Assembly (NCBI GenBank): GCA_963840885.1
Contig: CAWJAN010000004.1
Span: forward strand, 47,984-111,983
From: an uncultured bacterium
Lineage (GTDB): Bacteria > Patescibacteriota > Minisyncoccia > Phycocordibacterales > GWA1-40-21
Length of the DNA stretch: 64,000 nucleotides
Direction of reading: 5' to 3'
Shown here: one piece after another, positions 1 to 8,287 of the stretch
Numbering within the stretch: position 1 is the stretch's first letter
Layout: each line of letters starts with the position of its first letter
The notes under the pieces: generated by a model
Database searches by the model: none
Seen by the model: only the letters and a program-made list of their open reading frames with translations
What the model was told of the DNA's origin: nothing
Position numbers and translations under genes: made by a program

Positions 1-132
1 CTTTCCCGAGCCGGTTACGCCGAAAAGAGTCTGCTTGTCGAGACCTTTCTCCACTCCTTCCACTAGCTTCTTTATGGCTTCTGGCTGGTCGCCAGCCGGC
101 TTGTATTCTGCTTTGATTTTGAATTTTGACAT
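1..132 (-). CDS. uvrB: Excinuclease ABC subunit B, N-terminal fragment (gene continues beyond the window start)
   Basis: The minus-strand translation from the ATG at 130-132 reads [43 protein letters not shown]. This matches the canonical UvrB N-terminus (..PSGDQP.AI..L..G......Q.LLGVTGSGKT). Confidence 0.7.
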   Translation of the reverse strand, partial: MSKFKIKAEYKPAGDQPEAIKKLVEGVEKGLDKQTLFGVTGSGK

Positions 133-210
133 TAACCCCGTGATTATGTAGCATTTCATATAGAAGTTCAAGCTTTTATAAAAATAAAATTCTCAGGAAA
201 GGAGGGAAAA

Positions 211-771
211 ATGGACATCTCCGAAGCGCGCAAAAAACTGGTTTTGACGCTGAAAACTATCGTCGGACCGATCAATGAATTCTTGGATAAAAGGATTAGG
301 CACTTTGAACGCCGTTTTGAAGATCTGAAAGAAACTGAATCAAGGCAAGACAGAATTGAAAATGACTGCGTAAAAAGGTTCGGTCTCACTAAGGAGGAAA
401 TGGGAAAACTCCATATGTTTTTCTCTCCTCTCATGGTTTTTGACAGGCTTTCTGAAAGCCAGGTGCGTTTTTGCATCATGCTTTATGATTTGATTTACGC
501 TCCGGAAACTCTTATACGGGACGGAAAACTGATCATCCTCTATGATGCGATGCGGTCAAAAGACGCCATGTCTTTGGGAGACGATTTTCCTAAAGTACTG
601 GAAAGTGTCTTCAAGGCAAAGCTTGGTGTGAAGGGAGAGATGCAAAAATCAAATAATCTTTGGAAAATGCAGCTCAAATCGATGACAAAAACCGAACGGG
701 AAGAATTTTTGCGCGAATTCGGAGCGCGTCTTCCCTTCCTGTTCGAATTGAACGATGAGCTGGATGACTGA
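211..771 (+). CDS. Hypothetical protein (186 aa)
   Basis: Long ORF with a strong RBS (AAGGAGGG) 8 nt upstream of the ATG. It has no recognisable motif. The overlapping minus-strand ORF 168..479 is judged spurious. Confidence 0.5.
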   Translation: MDISEARKKLVLTLKTIVGPINEFLDKRIRHFERRFEDLKETESRQDRIENDCVKRFGLTKEEMGKLHMFFSPLMVFDRLSESQVRFCIMLYDLIYAPETLIRDGKLIILYDAMRSKDAMSLGDDFPKVLESVFKAKLGVKGEMQKSNNLWKMQLKSMTKTEREEFLREFGARLPFLFELNDELDD

Positions 772-796
772 GCCGCGGCACACAACCGCGGCTTTT
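772..796 (+). terminator. Rho-independent terminator hairpin (GCCGCGG..CCGCGGC followed by a T-tract)
   Basis: Perfect 7-bp GC stem followed by TTTTT, immediately after the stop codon of the 211..771 gene. Confidence 0.5.
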
Positions 797-865
797 TATT
801 TGATTTGACTTTAGCCGTCCGAACGTGTAATTTTAATGAAGAATAAAAATCTAAAGGAGGATGGC

Positions 866-1096
866 ATGCCAATACAGAGTCGCGAAGCCATTCTTCATGG
901 CTATAAAAAAAGGTACCGGCTTAATAGGAAACAAGCCGAATGCCTTGATGGGTTCTTTCGGAAACGCAGGATAATGACCGGACTCAGCAAAGAAACCGTC
1001 ATTGTTATCGCGGAGATTTATGCGAAAACCGACCTCGCATTCGAAGAGGTCGATCTGCGTTTGAAGCAGGAGCATGACGAGCGCATGGCTTTCTGA
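866..1096 (+). CDS. Hypothetical small protein (76 aa)
   Basis: ORF 836..1096. The internal ATG at 866 is preceded by AAGGAGG, so it is the likely start. A bidirectional terminator hairpin at 1096-1128 follows. Confidence 0.4.
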   Translation: MPIQSREAILHGYKKRYRLNRKQAECLDGFFRKRRIMTGLSKETVIVIAEIYAKTDLAFEEVDLRLKQEHDERMAF

Positions 1097-1125
1097 TACC
1101 GGCTGCATTTATTGCAGCCGGTATT

Positions 1126-1767
1126 TTAATTTTTATCCGCCCAGCTTGAATACTCGGATTTCAAAGCGGAAATCTGATCTTGGCTAAGCGCAAAGTAGAC
1201 GGAAAGCCAGTCGTTCGCTATCTGCGCCTGGGCTGCGCGCAAATCTATCCTGCCGGCGCATACTTCCTGATGGAGATAATTTTCAACCAAGTCCTTTTCC
1301 TTGAAGCCAGGGTTTGGCGATGCAGCTTCCGGAAAAAGATTCGCTATATCGTTCGAGCCTCCGAGCTCGAGCGGCACTATATGGTCTGCTTCATAGCTAC
1401 CTGTCGGCTCTGGGTACTTTATTCCGTATTCCGCATAGACCTGTTTTTTAAGAGAAGCGGAAACACTCCTGACCGTTTTCGTATATCCGCTTACGCAGAT
1501 GGTGCTCGTTCCGGCATTTTCAAAAACGGCTCCAGGGCTGCATGCGTGATCCGGAAATGGCCCGTTTATGACGCAGCCGCCCGTCTTTGTCCTTTCATCA
1601 ATAGAAAAAATTTTGCTTGAAGAAGCGATTAGCTCGGCAACTTGAACGCTGGCCGTATTTTGAGAGAAAAAATCCTTGGGGCTCTCTAGATTGAAGACTT
1701 CTGAATAAACGGAAACGGTCAGGAGCAATAAAATTCCTATGACGGTGAATTTGAATTTTCCGCTCAT
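1126..1767 (-). CDS. Secreted or membrane-anchored HNH endonuclease-domain protein
   Basis: N-terminal signal/TM segment (KFKFTVIGILLLLTVSVYS). The C-terminal HNH motif reads EADHIVPLELGGSNDIANLFPE... Confidence 0.55.
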   Translation of the reverse strand: MSGKFKFTVIGILLLLTVSVYSEVFNLESPKDFFSQNTASVQVAELIASSSKIFSIDERTKTGGCVINGPFPDHACSPGAVFENAGTSTICVSGYTKTVRSVSASLKKQVYAEYGIKYPEPTGSYEADHIVPLELGGSNDIANLFPEAASPNPGFKEKDLVENYLHQEVCAGRIDLRAAQAQIANDWLSVYFALSQDQISALKSEYSSWADKN

Positions 1768-2285
1768 TATTTTAATAAAAATCTTAGCTTTTTCTTGGAC
1801 CAGACCGGGCCGGCATAATCCACGCCGATTCTCGGCGTCTTTTTTATTTTTACATTGGCGATTTTCATTCCCCTGTCTTCAAACCAGAGTCTGCTTGATT
1901 TTACAGCCGGCTTGCCATTCAGGCTTTTATTTATTTTTAAAAACTTAGTCAGCCTTCCGGGCCCGCTTGATGCGCCGACGCCTCTTATAAGAACCGCTGC
2001 CGGATATCCTTGTTCGCGCGTCACGACATTCAGCATAAAATGCATCCCGTACGTAAGATAAACATAAAAATTGCCAGGATGGCCGAACATTATCTTTGTC
2101 CTTTCCGTTTTTCCCTTAGAAGCGTGGCTTGCTAGATCATGCGGGCCTATATACGCTTCTGTTTCCGTAATCATTGAGGATATTTCTTTGCTGCCGGCTT
2201 TCCTTACCAGGAATTTTCCCAAAAGCCCGCGCGCCACTATTTCCGCATCCCTGCTGAAAAACTTTTTTCCAAGAATTTTTCTCAT
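1767..2285 (-). CDS. mpg: DNA-3-methyladenine glycosylase (Mpg/AAG family)
   Basis: Motifs ETEAYIGPHDLASHASKGKTERTKIMFGHPGNFYVYLTYGMHFMLNVV are typical of the MPG/AAG family. Length 172 aa. Confidence 0.7.
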   Translation of the reverse strand: MRKILGKKFFSRDAEIVARGLLGKFLVRKAGSKEISSMITETEAYIGPHDLASHASKGKTERTKIMFGHPGNFYVYLTYGMHFMLNVVTREQGYPAAVLIRGVGASSGPGRLTKFLKINKSLNGKPAVKSSRLWFEDRGMKIANVKIKKTPRIGVDYAGPVWSKKKLRFLLK

Positions 2286-2392
2286 TATTTAAATAGTATA
2301 ATATCCGGTGCCAATTCCAGCACCTTGACATTATTAAAATATAGATTTATAATTATAAAAGCTGTTCATCAAGGATTTTACGGAGGTTCAAA

Positions 2393-2680
2393 ATGAATCT
2401 TGATTTTCTAACGAATCTGGATTTTACGAATGGAATAACGGTCGGATGCATGATAACGTTTTCGTTATCGCTTGCGGCCTCCATGATCGTCGGGATGATG
2501 AAACGTCATCTTGAGGAATCCATCGAAAGGGCCGAAAGCATGCATACTGCACGTTTCGTCCCTATCGCCCGGGAAGAATACCAGAAACTTTCTTCCTTCA
2601 AGGGAATGCAGGGATTTCTCAAAATGCTGATGACGATGTCGTTCATAACGATGATAATCAGCGTTCTGATGAAACTCTAA
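2393..2680 (+). CDS. Hypothetical small membrane protein (95 aa)
   Basis: Two hydrophobic segments are present. It is followed by a terminator hairpin at 2695-2719. Confidence 0.3.
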   Translation: MNLDFLTNLDFTNGITVGCMITFSLSLAASMIVGMMKRHLEESIERAESMHTARFVPIAREEYQKLSSFKGMQGFLKMLMTMSFITMIISVLMKL

Positions 2681-2723
2681 ACAATACAAGCATGGCTCCG
2701 CGATACAGTATCGCGGAGCTTTT

Positions 2724-4403
2724 TTATTTTATTCCCTTTTTGACGAAAAGACGCACTATGCGCAGTTCTTCGTACGAAAAACCGTCGCCCAATATATTTT
2801 TTACCGGCGCCAAAAGGAAATCTCTGTTCTCCCCGTATAGTTCGCGGAAAGCGAGGTAGATTTTTTTGAATTTTGAAGCGGAAACTTCATCGCGCAGATT
2901 ATTGATATTGAAATCTGGATCCTTGTCCAAAATCTTTTCTATGTCCTCCAAAATCGTGCCGAGAGTCACTCCGCGGTGATTCAGAATTTCCTTGAGCTTC
3001 ATCCCCTGCTCAAGCATATTCTTGGTTTGATCGGAAGGAGAAATTCTGCGCATTTTGCCGCTTTTTCTTTTCTTGTCGCGCGCTTCTATGGGAGAGATTT
3101 TTTCCAAAAATTCTTCCTGCTTCTCTTTCACTTCATTGTCACCCATTGAATATAGCCAGGCTTTGTCGCTGTCCGAATCTTCCTTGAGCTCTTCGTCGAA
3201 TTCCATTATGTCGCCGCGCACTTCAAGCGCATTTTTATTGATGCCGATTATGCGCAAACCCTCAAGGGTGCGGACGCGAGAAAGCGCCACATAACCCATG
3301 CCTTTTTCGAAAGATTTTGAAAGGTCAACTTCAACTGTATCAAGGCTCATTCCCTGGCTTTTATGGACAGTGATTGCCCAAGCAAGGCGCAGAGGATATT
3401 GTATTATCATCGCTTTCGTCTTCCCCTCTTCTTCCACCACCCAGGAAACTTTTTCCGGAGAAATAAGCTTGCCGTTTGCAAGCATTATCTTCGGCCCGTC
3501 ATAAGAGCATTCCACGACCTTGCCTAGAGTGCCGTTTGCATACCCTTCGTCAAAATTGTTTTTTACGAACATGACTTTTGCGCCGACTTTAAGGCGGAGA
3601 GATTCCGGAGCGAGGCAGCTTTTCTTAAGCGCTTCAACGAGCGGCTTGCTTCCCTTGCTTTCCATCATAAAGACGAAAAGCTCTCCCGAAAGCGAATTGA
3701 GCTCTGTATCGTTTATGGAATCTACATTTATATTATGCGTATGGAGCTTAGTCGGCTCAACTTCGGAAACCACTTCCGCATTCTGGCGGGATTTCAGATG
3801 CCTGAGCGATTCATCGGTCAGATAATTTTTCCTTATTCCGTTCAGGATTTTCAGGAATTTTTCATCTTTGTGCCTATACTGCTCTTCCAGATAGCAGATT
3901 TTTAGATTTAATTTTTTCCACGTTTCGGATTTGAACGGAAAAAGGGATTCTAGATTTCCCGCTTTCTGAACCGGCGGAAGCTGGAAAAAATCTCCGCAAA
4001 GGATAACCTGCATCCCGCCGAATGGAAGCTGGTTTTTTTTCAGGTGCCTGACAATGCGCTCCACTAGATCGAGCCTGCGGTGGTCGAGCATCGATATTTC
4101 GTCAATTATAAGAACGCCGGTATTTTTCAGCCTGTCCCCAAGATATTTCTTGGTCTCAAGCTCTTCAAGGTCGTATTCTGTAAGATTATCTTTTATTCCG
4201 AGGCCGCTCCAGGAATGTATCGTCATTCCTCCCATATGCGTGGCGGCAATGCCTGTCGAAGCGGTGATGCCGACCTCGGCGCCGTTTTGCTTCAGGTATT
4301 TTATATAATCGTTCAGAAGATGTGTCTTGCCTGAGCCTGCGGCCCCTGTGATATAGCAATTGTATCCCATCTTCAGGATTTCCAGAGCGTCTTTTTGTAT
4401 CAT
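2724..4403 (-). CDS. Pif1/RecD-family ATP-dependent DNA helicase with a ~130-aa C-terminal extension
   Basis: Walker A motif GAAGSGKTHLL. Pif1-like helicase motifs are present (VLIIDEISML; ILCGDFFQLPPV; AITVHKSQGMSLD). Confidence 0.75.
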   Translation of the reverse strand: MIQKDALEILKMGYNCYITGAAGSGKTHLLNDYIKYLKQNGAEVGITASTGIAATHMGGMTIHSWSGLGIKDNLTEYDLEELETKKYLGDRLKNTGVLIIDEISMLDHRRLDLVERIVRHLKKNQLPFGGMQVILCGDFFQLPPVQKAGNLESLFPFKSETWKKLNLKICYLEEQYRHKDEKFLKILNGIRKNYLTDESLRHLKSRQNAEVVSEVEPTKLHTHNINVDSINDTELNSLSGELFVFMMESKGSKPLVEALKKSCLAPESLRLKVGAKVMFVKNNFDEGYANGTLGKVVECSYDGPKIMLANGKLISPEKVSWVVEEEGKTKAMIIQYPLRLAWAITVHKSQGMSLDTVEVDLSKSFEKGMGYVALSRVRTLEGLRIIGINKNALEVRGDIMEFDEELKEDSDSDKAWLYSMGDNEVKEKQEEFLEKISPIEARDKKRKSGKMRRISPSDQTKNMLEQGMKLKEILNHRGVTLGTILEDIEKILDKDPDFNINNLRDEVSASKFKKIYLAFRELYGENRDFLLAPVKNILGDGFSYEELRIVRLFVKKGIK

Positions 4404-4516
4404 GAAAATGATTCTATCATTTAAAAAATCGAAGTATAAAAAATAAAAGTTAATAAAATGTTAATTAAAAAAGCCCGCAGACGAACGCCTGCGGGCTGTG
4501 ATACTTGGCTTTTATT

Positions 4517-5008
4517 TTATTTTGAAAGATGCTTCCTCACGAGCAGATCGTCAAACTCGCGAGTCGTCATCATAAGCCCTTCCACCTCCTTGGAATCAAG
4601 GTCGAAAAATCCCACAATTCTCCTCTTTATCCTGGCGAAGTCTTCCTCATTTCTCGCGCAGGATTCGGCTTTAGAAATGGCTTCCTTCACCGTCTCTTTC
4701 TTGTAAGAGGTTTCCGCAACATACATGCAGTTTTCGAACGCATCTTCCTGAAGCATATTTATAACGGACAAGGAAATCTTAAGAAGTATCTCCTTGGTTC
4801 TCTGCTTTCTTTTTATCTCGCGGACGCTTTTTACCGAATACTTCGGTATATTGCATATGACGTCGAACTGGCATAGATAAAAATAAGCGGAAAAATCACT
4901 GAAATTCCAGAACTTCTTTCTCAGCCTGCTTTCTTCCGACAAACTAAACAGCATGGATTTGAAAAGATTGTAAATCTCCTTAAAAATTTCCGGAATGAAA
5001 AACATCAT
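4517..5008 (-). CDS. Hypothetical protein (163 aa)
   Basis: ORF only. A terminator hairpin (GCCCGCAG..CTGCGGGC, 4478-4501) lies downstream on the minus strand. Confidence 0.4.
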   Translation of the reverse strand: MMFFIPEIFKEIYNLFKSMLFSLSEESRLRKKFWNFSDFSAYFYLCQFDVICNIPKYSVKSVREIKRKQRTKEILLKISLSVINMLQEDAFENCMYVAETSYKKETVKEAISKAESCARNEEDFARIKRRIVGFFDLDSKEVEGLMMTTREFDDLLVRKHLSK

Positions 5009-5129
5009 GATATCCTCCTTCAGACAAAAGAAATGGCGAATCTATCCAAAAATTATTCTAGCATAAAAAACTATCTTGGAAACAGATATCTGATTTCGCA
5101 ATATGCTTTTTATAATTTTTGTATTATAA

Positions 5130-5552
5130 TTGCGGCATATGAAATACATGTTCGAATGGACGCCGGAAATATCCGTAAACGACGAAATAATAGACAATCA
5201 GCACAGAAAACTGCTGGGACAGATCAATACCCTGCTTGAAGACATAACCAAAGGCGTAAGCGATGAAAGACTCCTCGAAGCCGTTACATTCCTGGATAAA
5301 TATATTTATGGCCATCTTGCGTACGAAGAAAAATACATGAGAGAGCACAATTATCCGTATATAGACGAGCATAAAAAAATGCACGGCGATTTCATAGGAC
5401 ACTATAAGATATTCAAGGAAAAAATGGATAAAAGCGCTCAGCGAGAAGTGCTGGCTCTTGAAATAGAACAGTATATGGGAAACTGGTGGCTTGATCACAT
5501 AGGAAAAGAAGACAAGAAATACGCTGTTTACATAATGCAGCACGAAAAATAA
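5130..5552 (+). CDS. Hemerythrin-like (bacteriohemerythrin) metal-binding protein
   Basis: The His/Glu iron-ligand pattern of HHE-domain proteins is present (..DNQHRKL.., ..YGHLAYEEKYM.., ..EHKKMHGDF..). Length 140 aa. A terminator follows at ~5556-5582. Confidence 0.65.
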   Translation: MRHMKYMFEWTPEISVNDEIIDNQHRKLLGQINTLLEDITKGVSDERLLEAVTFLDKYIYGHLAYEEKYMREHNYPYIDEHKKMHGDFIGHYKIFKEKMDKSAQREVLALEIEQYMGNWWLDHIGKEDKKYAVYIMQHEK

Positions 5553-5689
5553 ATAAACCGCCTTACAGCGGTTTATTTATTTGATTTTAATCAAGCTAAT
5601 GCTAATCTAAATTCAGGCAGTATAGAGCGGAGACGCTCAATTATAAAGCCCTAGAGGGTTAACCCGGAGACGGGAGAAAAGAGGTTGTC

Positions 5690-6145
5690 ATGTTTGAGAG
5701 ACTGGCCAGAAAAAACAGATGGAAAAAAGTAAATGATTTAATTCGGGGGTCAAAAAATATAGATCGGATGAAATCAGAAATCGATCTATTTGTAAGGTTA
5801 GTCGCATATTTTTTGTCGGAACCTCGCAGTTTCAGCAACTGTAATAGTCCTTATATCTTTAAAGCTGACCCTTTCAGATGGACCTTGGATATTGAAGTAA
5901 AAGAATTCAAAGTCATAAAAGGAAAAATAAAATGCGAGAGGAGAACAGAAACGGAAGTCCAGAATTGGTTTCTCATATATGAATATGATGGGATAAAAAA
6001 TGTAACTAATAAACAACTCCCTGTCTACTACGTACGGGAAATATATGAAAGACTTCCAGTATTTGAAAAAAAGTTGAGTTGTTTATTGTATTATTGGAAC
6101 GACACGCTTCATCCTTTCATAGAAGCAAGTGAAATAAAGTTTTAG
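5690..6145 (+). CDS. Hypothetical protein (151 aa)
   Basis: RBS AAGAGG upstream. A bidirectional terminator hairpin (AAACCCCG..CGGGGTTTTTTT) lies at ~6158-6190. Confidence 0.4.
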   Translation: MFERLARKNRWKKVNDLIRGSKNIDRMKSEIDLFVRLVAYFLSEPRSFSNCNSPYIFKADPFRWTLDIEVKEFKVIKGKIKCERRTETEVQNWFLIYEYDGIKNVTNKQLPVYYVREIYERLPVFEKKLSCLLYYWNDTLHPFIEASEIKF

Positions 6146-6188
6146 TTTCTAGACTAACAAAAACCCCGTTTTTCTTTGCGGGGTTTTT

Positions 6189-6857
6189 TTATTTACTCTT
6201 CTTCCACTCGTTTATCTTTCCGTGATGGCCGGAAATAAGAACTTTCGGAACAATATATTTCTTGCCTTTCCATTTAAGAACTTCCGGCCTTGTATAAACT
6301 TCCGGGCTTGAAACACGCTCTTCCTCAAGCGATGAAAAATTTCCGAGAACTCCTTTAATCTGCCTGGAAATAGAGTCAATCATAATCATAGCCGGAAGCT
6401 CGCCTCCTGTAAGGACGAATGGGCCTATAGTTATCTTATCTGACTTGAATATCTTGTTTACCCGCTCATCTATCCCCTCATATCTTCCGGAAATTATTAT
6501 GATGTCTGAATATTTTTTTACCGCCTCCTTGGCGTATTTTGTATCAAATTGCTTGCCTTTTGGCGAAAGAAAAATTATCTTGGTTTTTCCACTTTTAGTT
6601 TTCTTCATCGCTTTTTCAATGGCTTTCAAAACAGGTTCCGCCTGCATCACCATTCCAGGGCCGCCGCCATACGGCTTGTCATCCACGCGCAGATACGGCT
6701 TTTTGTTTTTCTTCTGGGTTTCCGTCGGTTTGACGAAATCGCGCGGATTGTAAAAGAAAAAATTTATCTTTTTTTCTTTTTTGGCACGCGCCAGAATAGA
6801 CTCGCCGAGATATGAGCCGAACGATTCCGGGAAAAGCGTGATTATATGGAAATTCAT
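6189..6857 (-). CDS. trmD: tRNA (guanine37-N1)-methyltransferase TrmD
   Basis: MNFHIITLFPESFGSYLGESILARAKK.. matches the TrmD N-terminus. The SPOUT knot region (GGGPGMV.., IFLSPKGK) is present. The start was chosen at the internal Met (6857) that matches TrmD orthologs. Confidence 0.85.
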   Translation of the reverse strand: MNFHIITLFPESFGSYLGESILARAKKEKKINFFFYNPRDFVKPTETQKKNKKPYLRVDDKPYGGGPGMVMQAEPVLKAIEKAMKKTKSGKTKIIFLSPKGKQFDTKYAKEAVKKYSDIIIISGRYEGIDERVNKIFKSDKITIGPFVLTGGELPAMIMIDSISRQIKGVLGNFSSLEEERVSSPEVYTRPEVLKWKGKKYIVPKVLISGHHGKINEWKKSK

Positions 6858-6955
6858 GTATGTATGAAAAATACAACAAAAATGAAAAAATGACAATTAA
6901 AAAGCGGCGCCGTACGGCGCCGCTTCTTTTGTTTCAATAATTTAAGTTTGTGAAA

Positions 6956-7279
6956 TTACAGCTTTAAGTCGGCCATAGCTTCGTCAACTGTCTTTGATAC
7001 CGGTTCTCTCGATACGGCCGGTCTTCCCATGCCGCCTTCCGGTTCTTCAATCTTCAAATTTACTCTTGAATTGTTTTTCATTCCAACAACCCTGAGAAGG
7101 GTTCTTATGGCTTTTGCCGTTGCTCCGCTTCTTCCGATGACTTTGCCCATGTCGGCATTGTCGACCTTGAGGGTAAGCAATACTCCCATTTCATCAACCG
7201 TCCTCGTGATCTTCACTTTGTCCGGAGATTCAACAAGAGCTTTAACAACCATTTCCAAAAATTTTGCGTCGTTTTCCAT
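6956..7279 (-). CDS. khpA: KH-domain RNA-binding protein (KhpA/YlqC-like)
   Basis: KH GXXG loop GKVIGRSGATAKAIRTL. The gene lies between rpsP and trmD, the conserved operon position. The start could be the internal Met at 7252. Confidence 0.7.
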   Translation of the reverse strand: MENDAKFLEMVVKALVESPDKVKITRTVDEMGVLLTLKVDNADMGKVIGRSGATAKAIRTLLRVVGMKNNSRVNLKIEEPEGGMGRPAVSREPVSKTVDEAMADLKL

Positions 7280-7382
7280 TTCAGTAATTTTTTCTTATCT
7301 AGAATCTAGAAGCAGCTCGACCGGTATTATAAAATCTGCTTCCTTAAATATTAACACATTGAAAAATGTTGGCAATAAATTC

Positions 7383-7438
<56 letters not shown>

Positions 7439-7444
7439 ACGCTC

Positions 7445-7618
7445 TTACGAATTTGACTGTGCAGGAGCTTCTTCTTTTGATTTTTCTTCTGAAGCGGGCA
7501 TTGCTGCTTCAGGAGCTTTTTCTTCCGTCTGGGCCATAGCATCGCCTTCTTTCTTCTCTTCTTTCTGTGTTGAAGCGTCTGAAGGATTCGATACAGGCAT
7601 GGTTTTATCGTCTGTCAT
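7445..7618 (-). CDS. Possible small acidic low-complexity protein (57 aa)
   Basis: Reads MTDDKTMPVSNPSDASTQKEEKKEGDAMAQTEEKAPEAAMPASEEKSKEEAPAQSNS. There is no clear RBS. Its composition resembles the rpsP C-terminal tail. Confidence 0.2.
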   Translation of the reverse strand: MTDDKTMPVSNPSDASTQKEEKKEGDAMAQTEEKAPEAAMPASEEKSKEEAPAQSNS

Positions 7619-7749
7619 ATTTTTCGAAAATTAAACTTACAAAGTGCAGTGACACGACCAATGTATTACCACCACTATAAGAACGTACCACGATAAAATA
7701 TATAATGCAAAAAAAATTGCGCCATTTGGCGCAATTTTTATTTTTATTT

Positions 7750-8196
7750 TTATGCTTGAGCAGGAGTTTCAGCGACAGGAGCAGGAGATTCTTTGGCTGT
7801 CGGAGTTTCTTGTGCTGGCTCTGCTGTGGGTGTTGCTGGAGTCGCTGCTGGCGCAGGCTCTGCCTTAGGAACGTTCTTTGCCGCTTCTTCAGCTTCCTTT
7901 GCTTTCTTGGCGTCTATTATCTTATTCTTCGGAAGCACGTTTATCTTTTTTCCTGAAATTATTTTCTGGTCAACCAGGAGATTGTGTACGGTTTCGGAAA
8001 CTTGAGCGCCTTTTGAAATCCAGTATTTGGCCCTTTCTCCGTCTATATGATTCGTGCCCTTTCCTTCTCTTGGGTCATACGAGCCGAGTATTTCTATTTC
8101 TTTTCCGGATTTTGCCGAAAATTTTGATTCCATCAAAACAACACGGAACGTTGGTTCGTGCACTCTTCCGACTCTTTTAAGCCTTATTATTAACAT
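7750..8196 (-). CDS. rpsP: 30S ribosomal protein bS16 with an Ala/Pro/Glu/Thr-rich C-terminal extension
   Basis: MLIIRLKRVGRVHEPTFRVVLMESKFSAKSGKEIEILGSYDP is canonical bS16. The start is set at the internal Met 8196. The ~60-aa AP-rich tail is unusual. A terminator lies at ~7715-7740. Confidence 0.85.
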   Translation of the reverse strand: MLIIRLKRVGRVHEPTFRVVLMESKFSAKSGKEIEILGSYDPREGKGTNHIDGERAKYWISKGAQVSETVHNLLVDQKIISGKKINVLPKNKIIDAKKAKEAEEAAKNVPKAEPAPAATPATPTAEPAQETPTAKESPAPVAETPAQA

Positions 8197-8287
8197 AGAC
8201 AAAGATACTACCAAAAAATAGCTTTTTTGCAATAGCTGGTTTCAAAATATATGGGCAAATCTTATTTTTTCTGTTATAGTCATTGAA

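Noticed and set aside
168-479. Minus-strand ORF (103 aa) overlapping the 211..771 plus-strand gene
   Set aside because: It has no RBS and a low-complexity translation. It lies antisense to an ORF with a strong SD and plausible length, so it is judged spurious.
5600-5689. Direct repeat of CGGAGACG (x2) and GCTAATGCTAATC upstream of the 5690 gene
   Set aside because: The repeats are short and could be chance. There is no palindromic symmetry or promoter context, and nothing to compare against.
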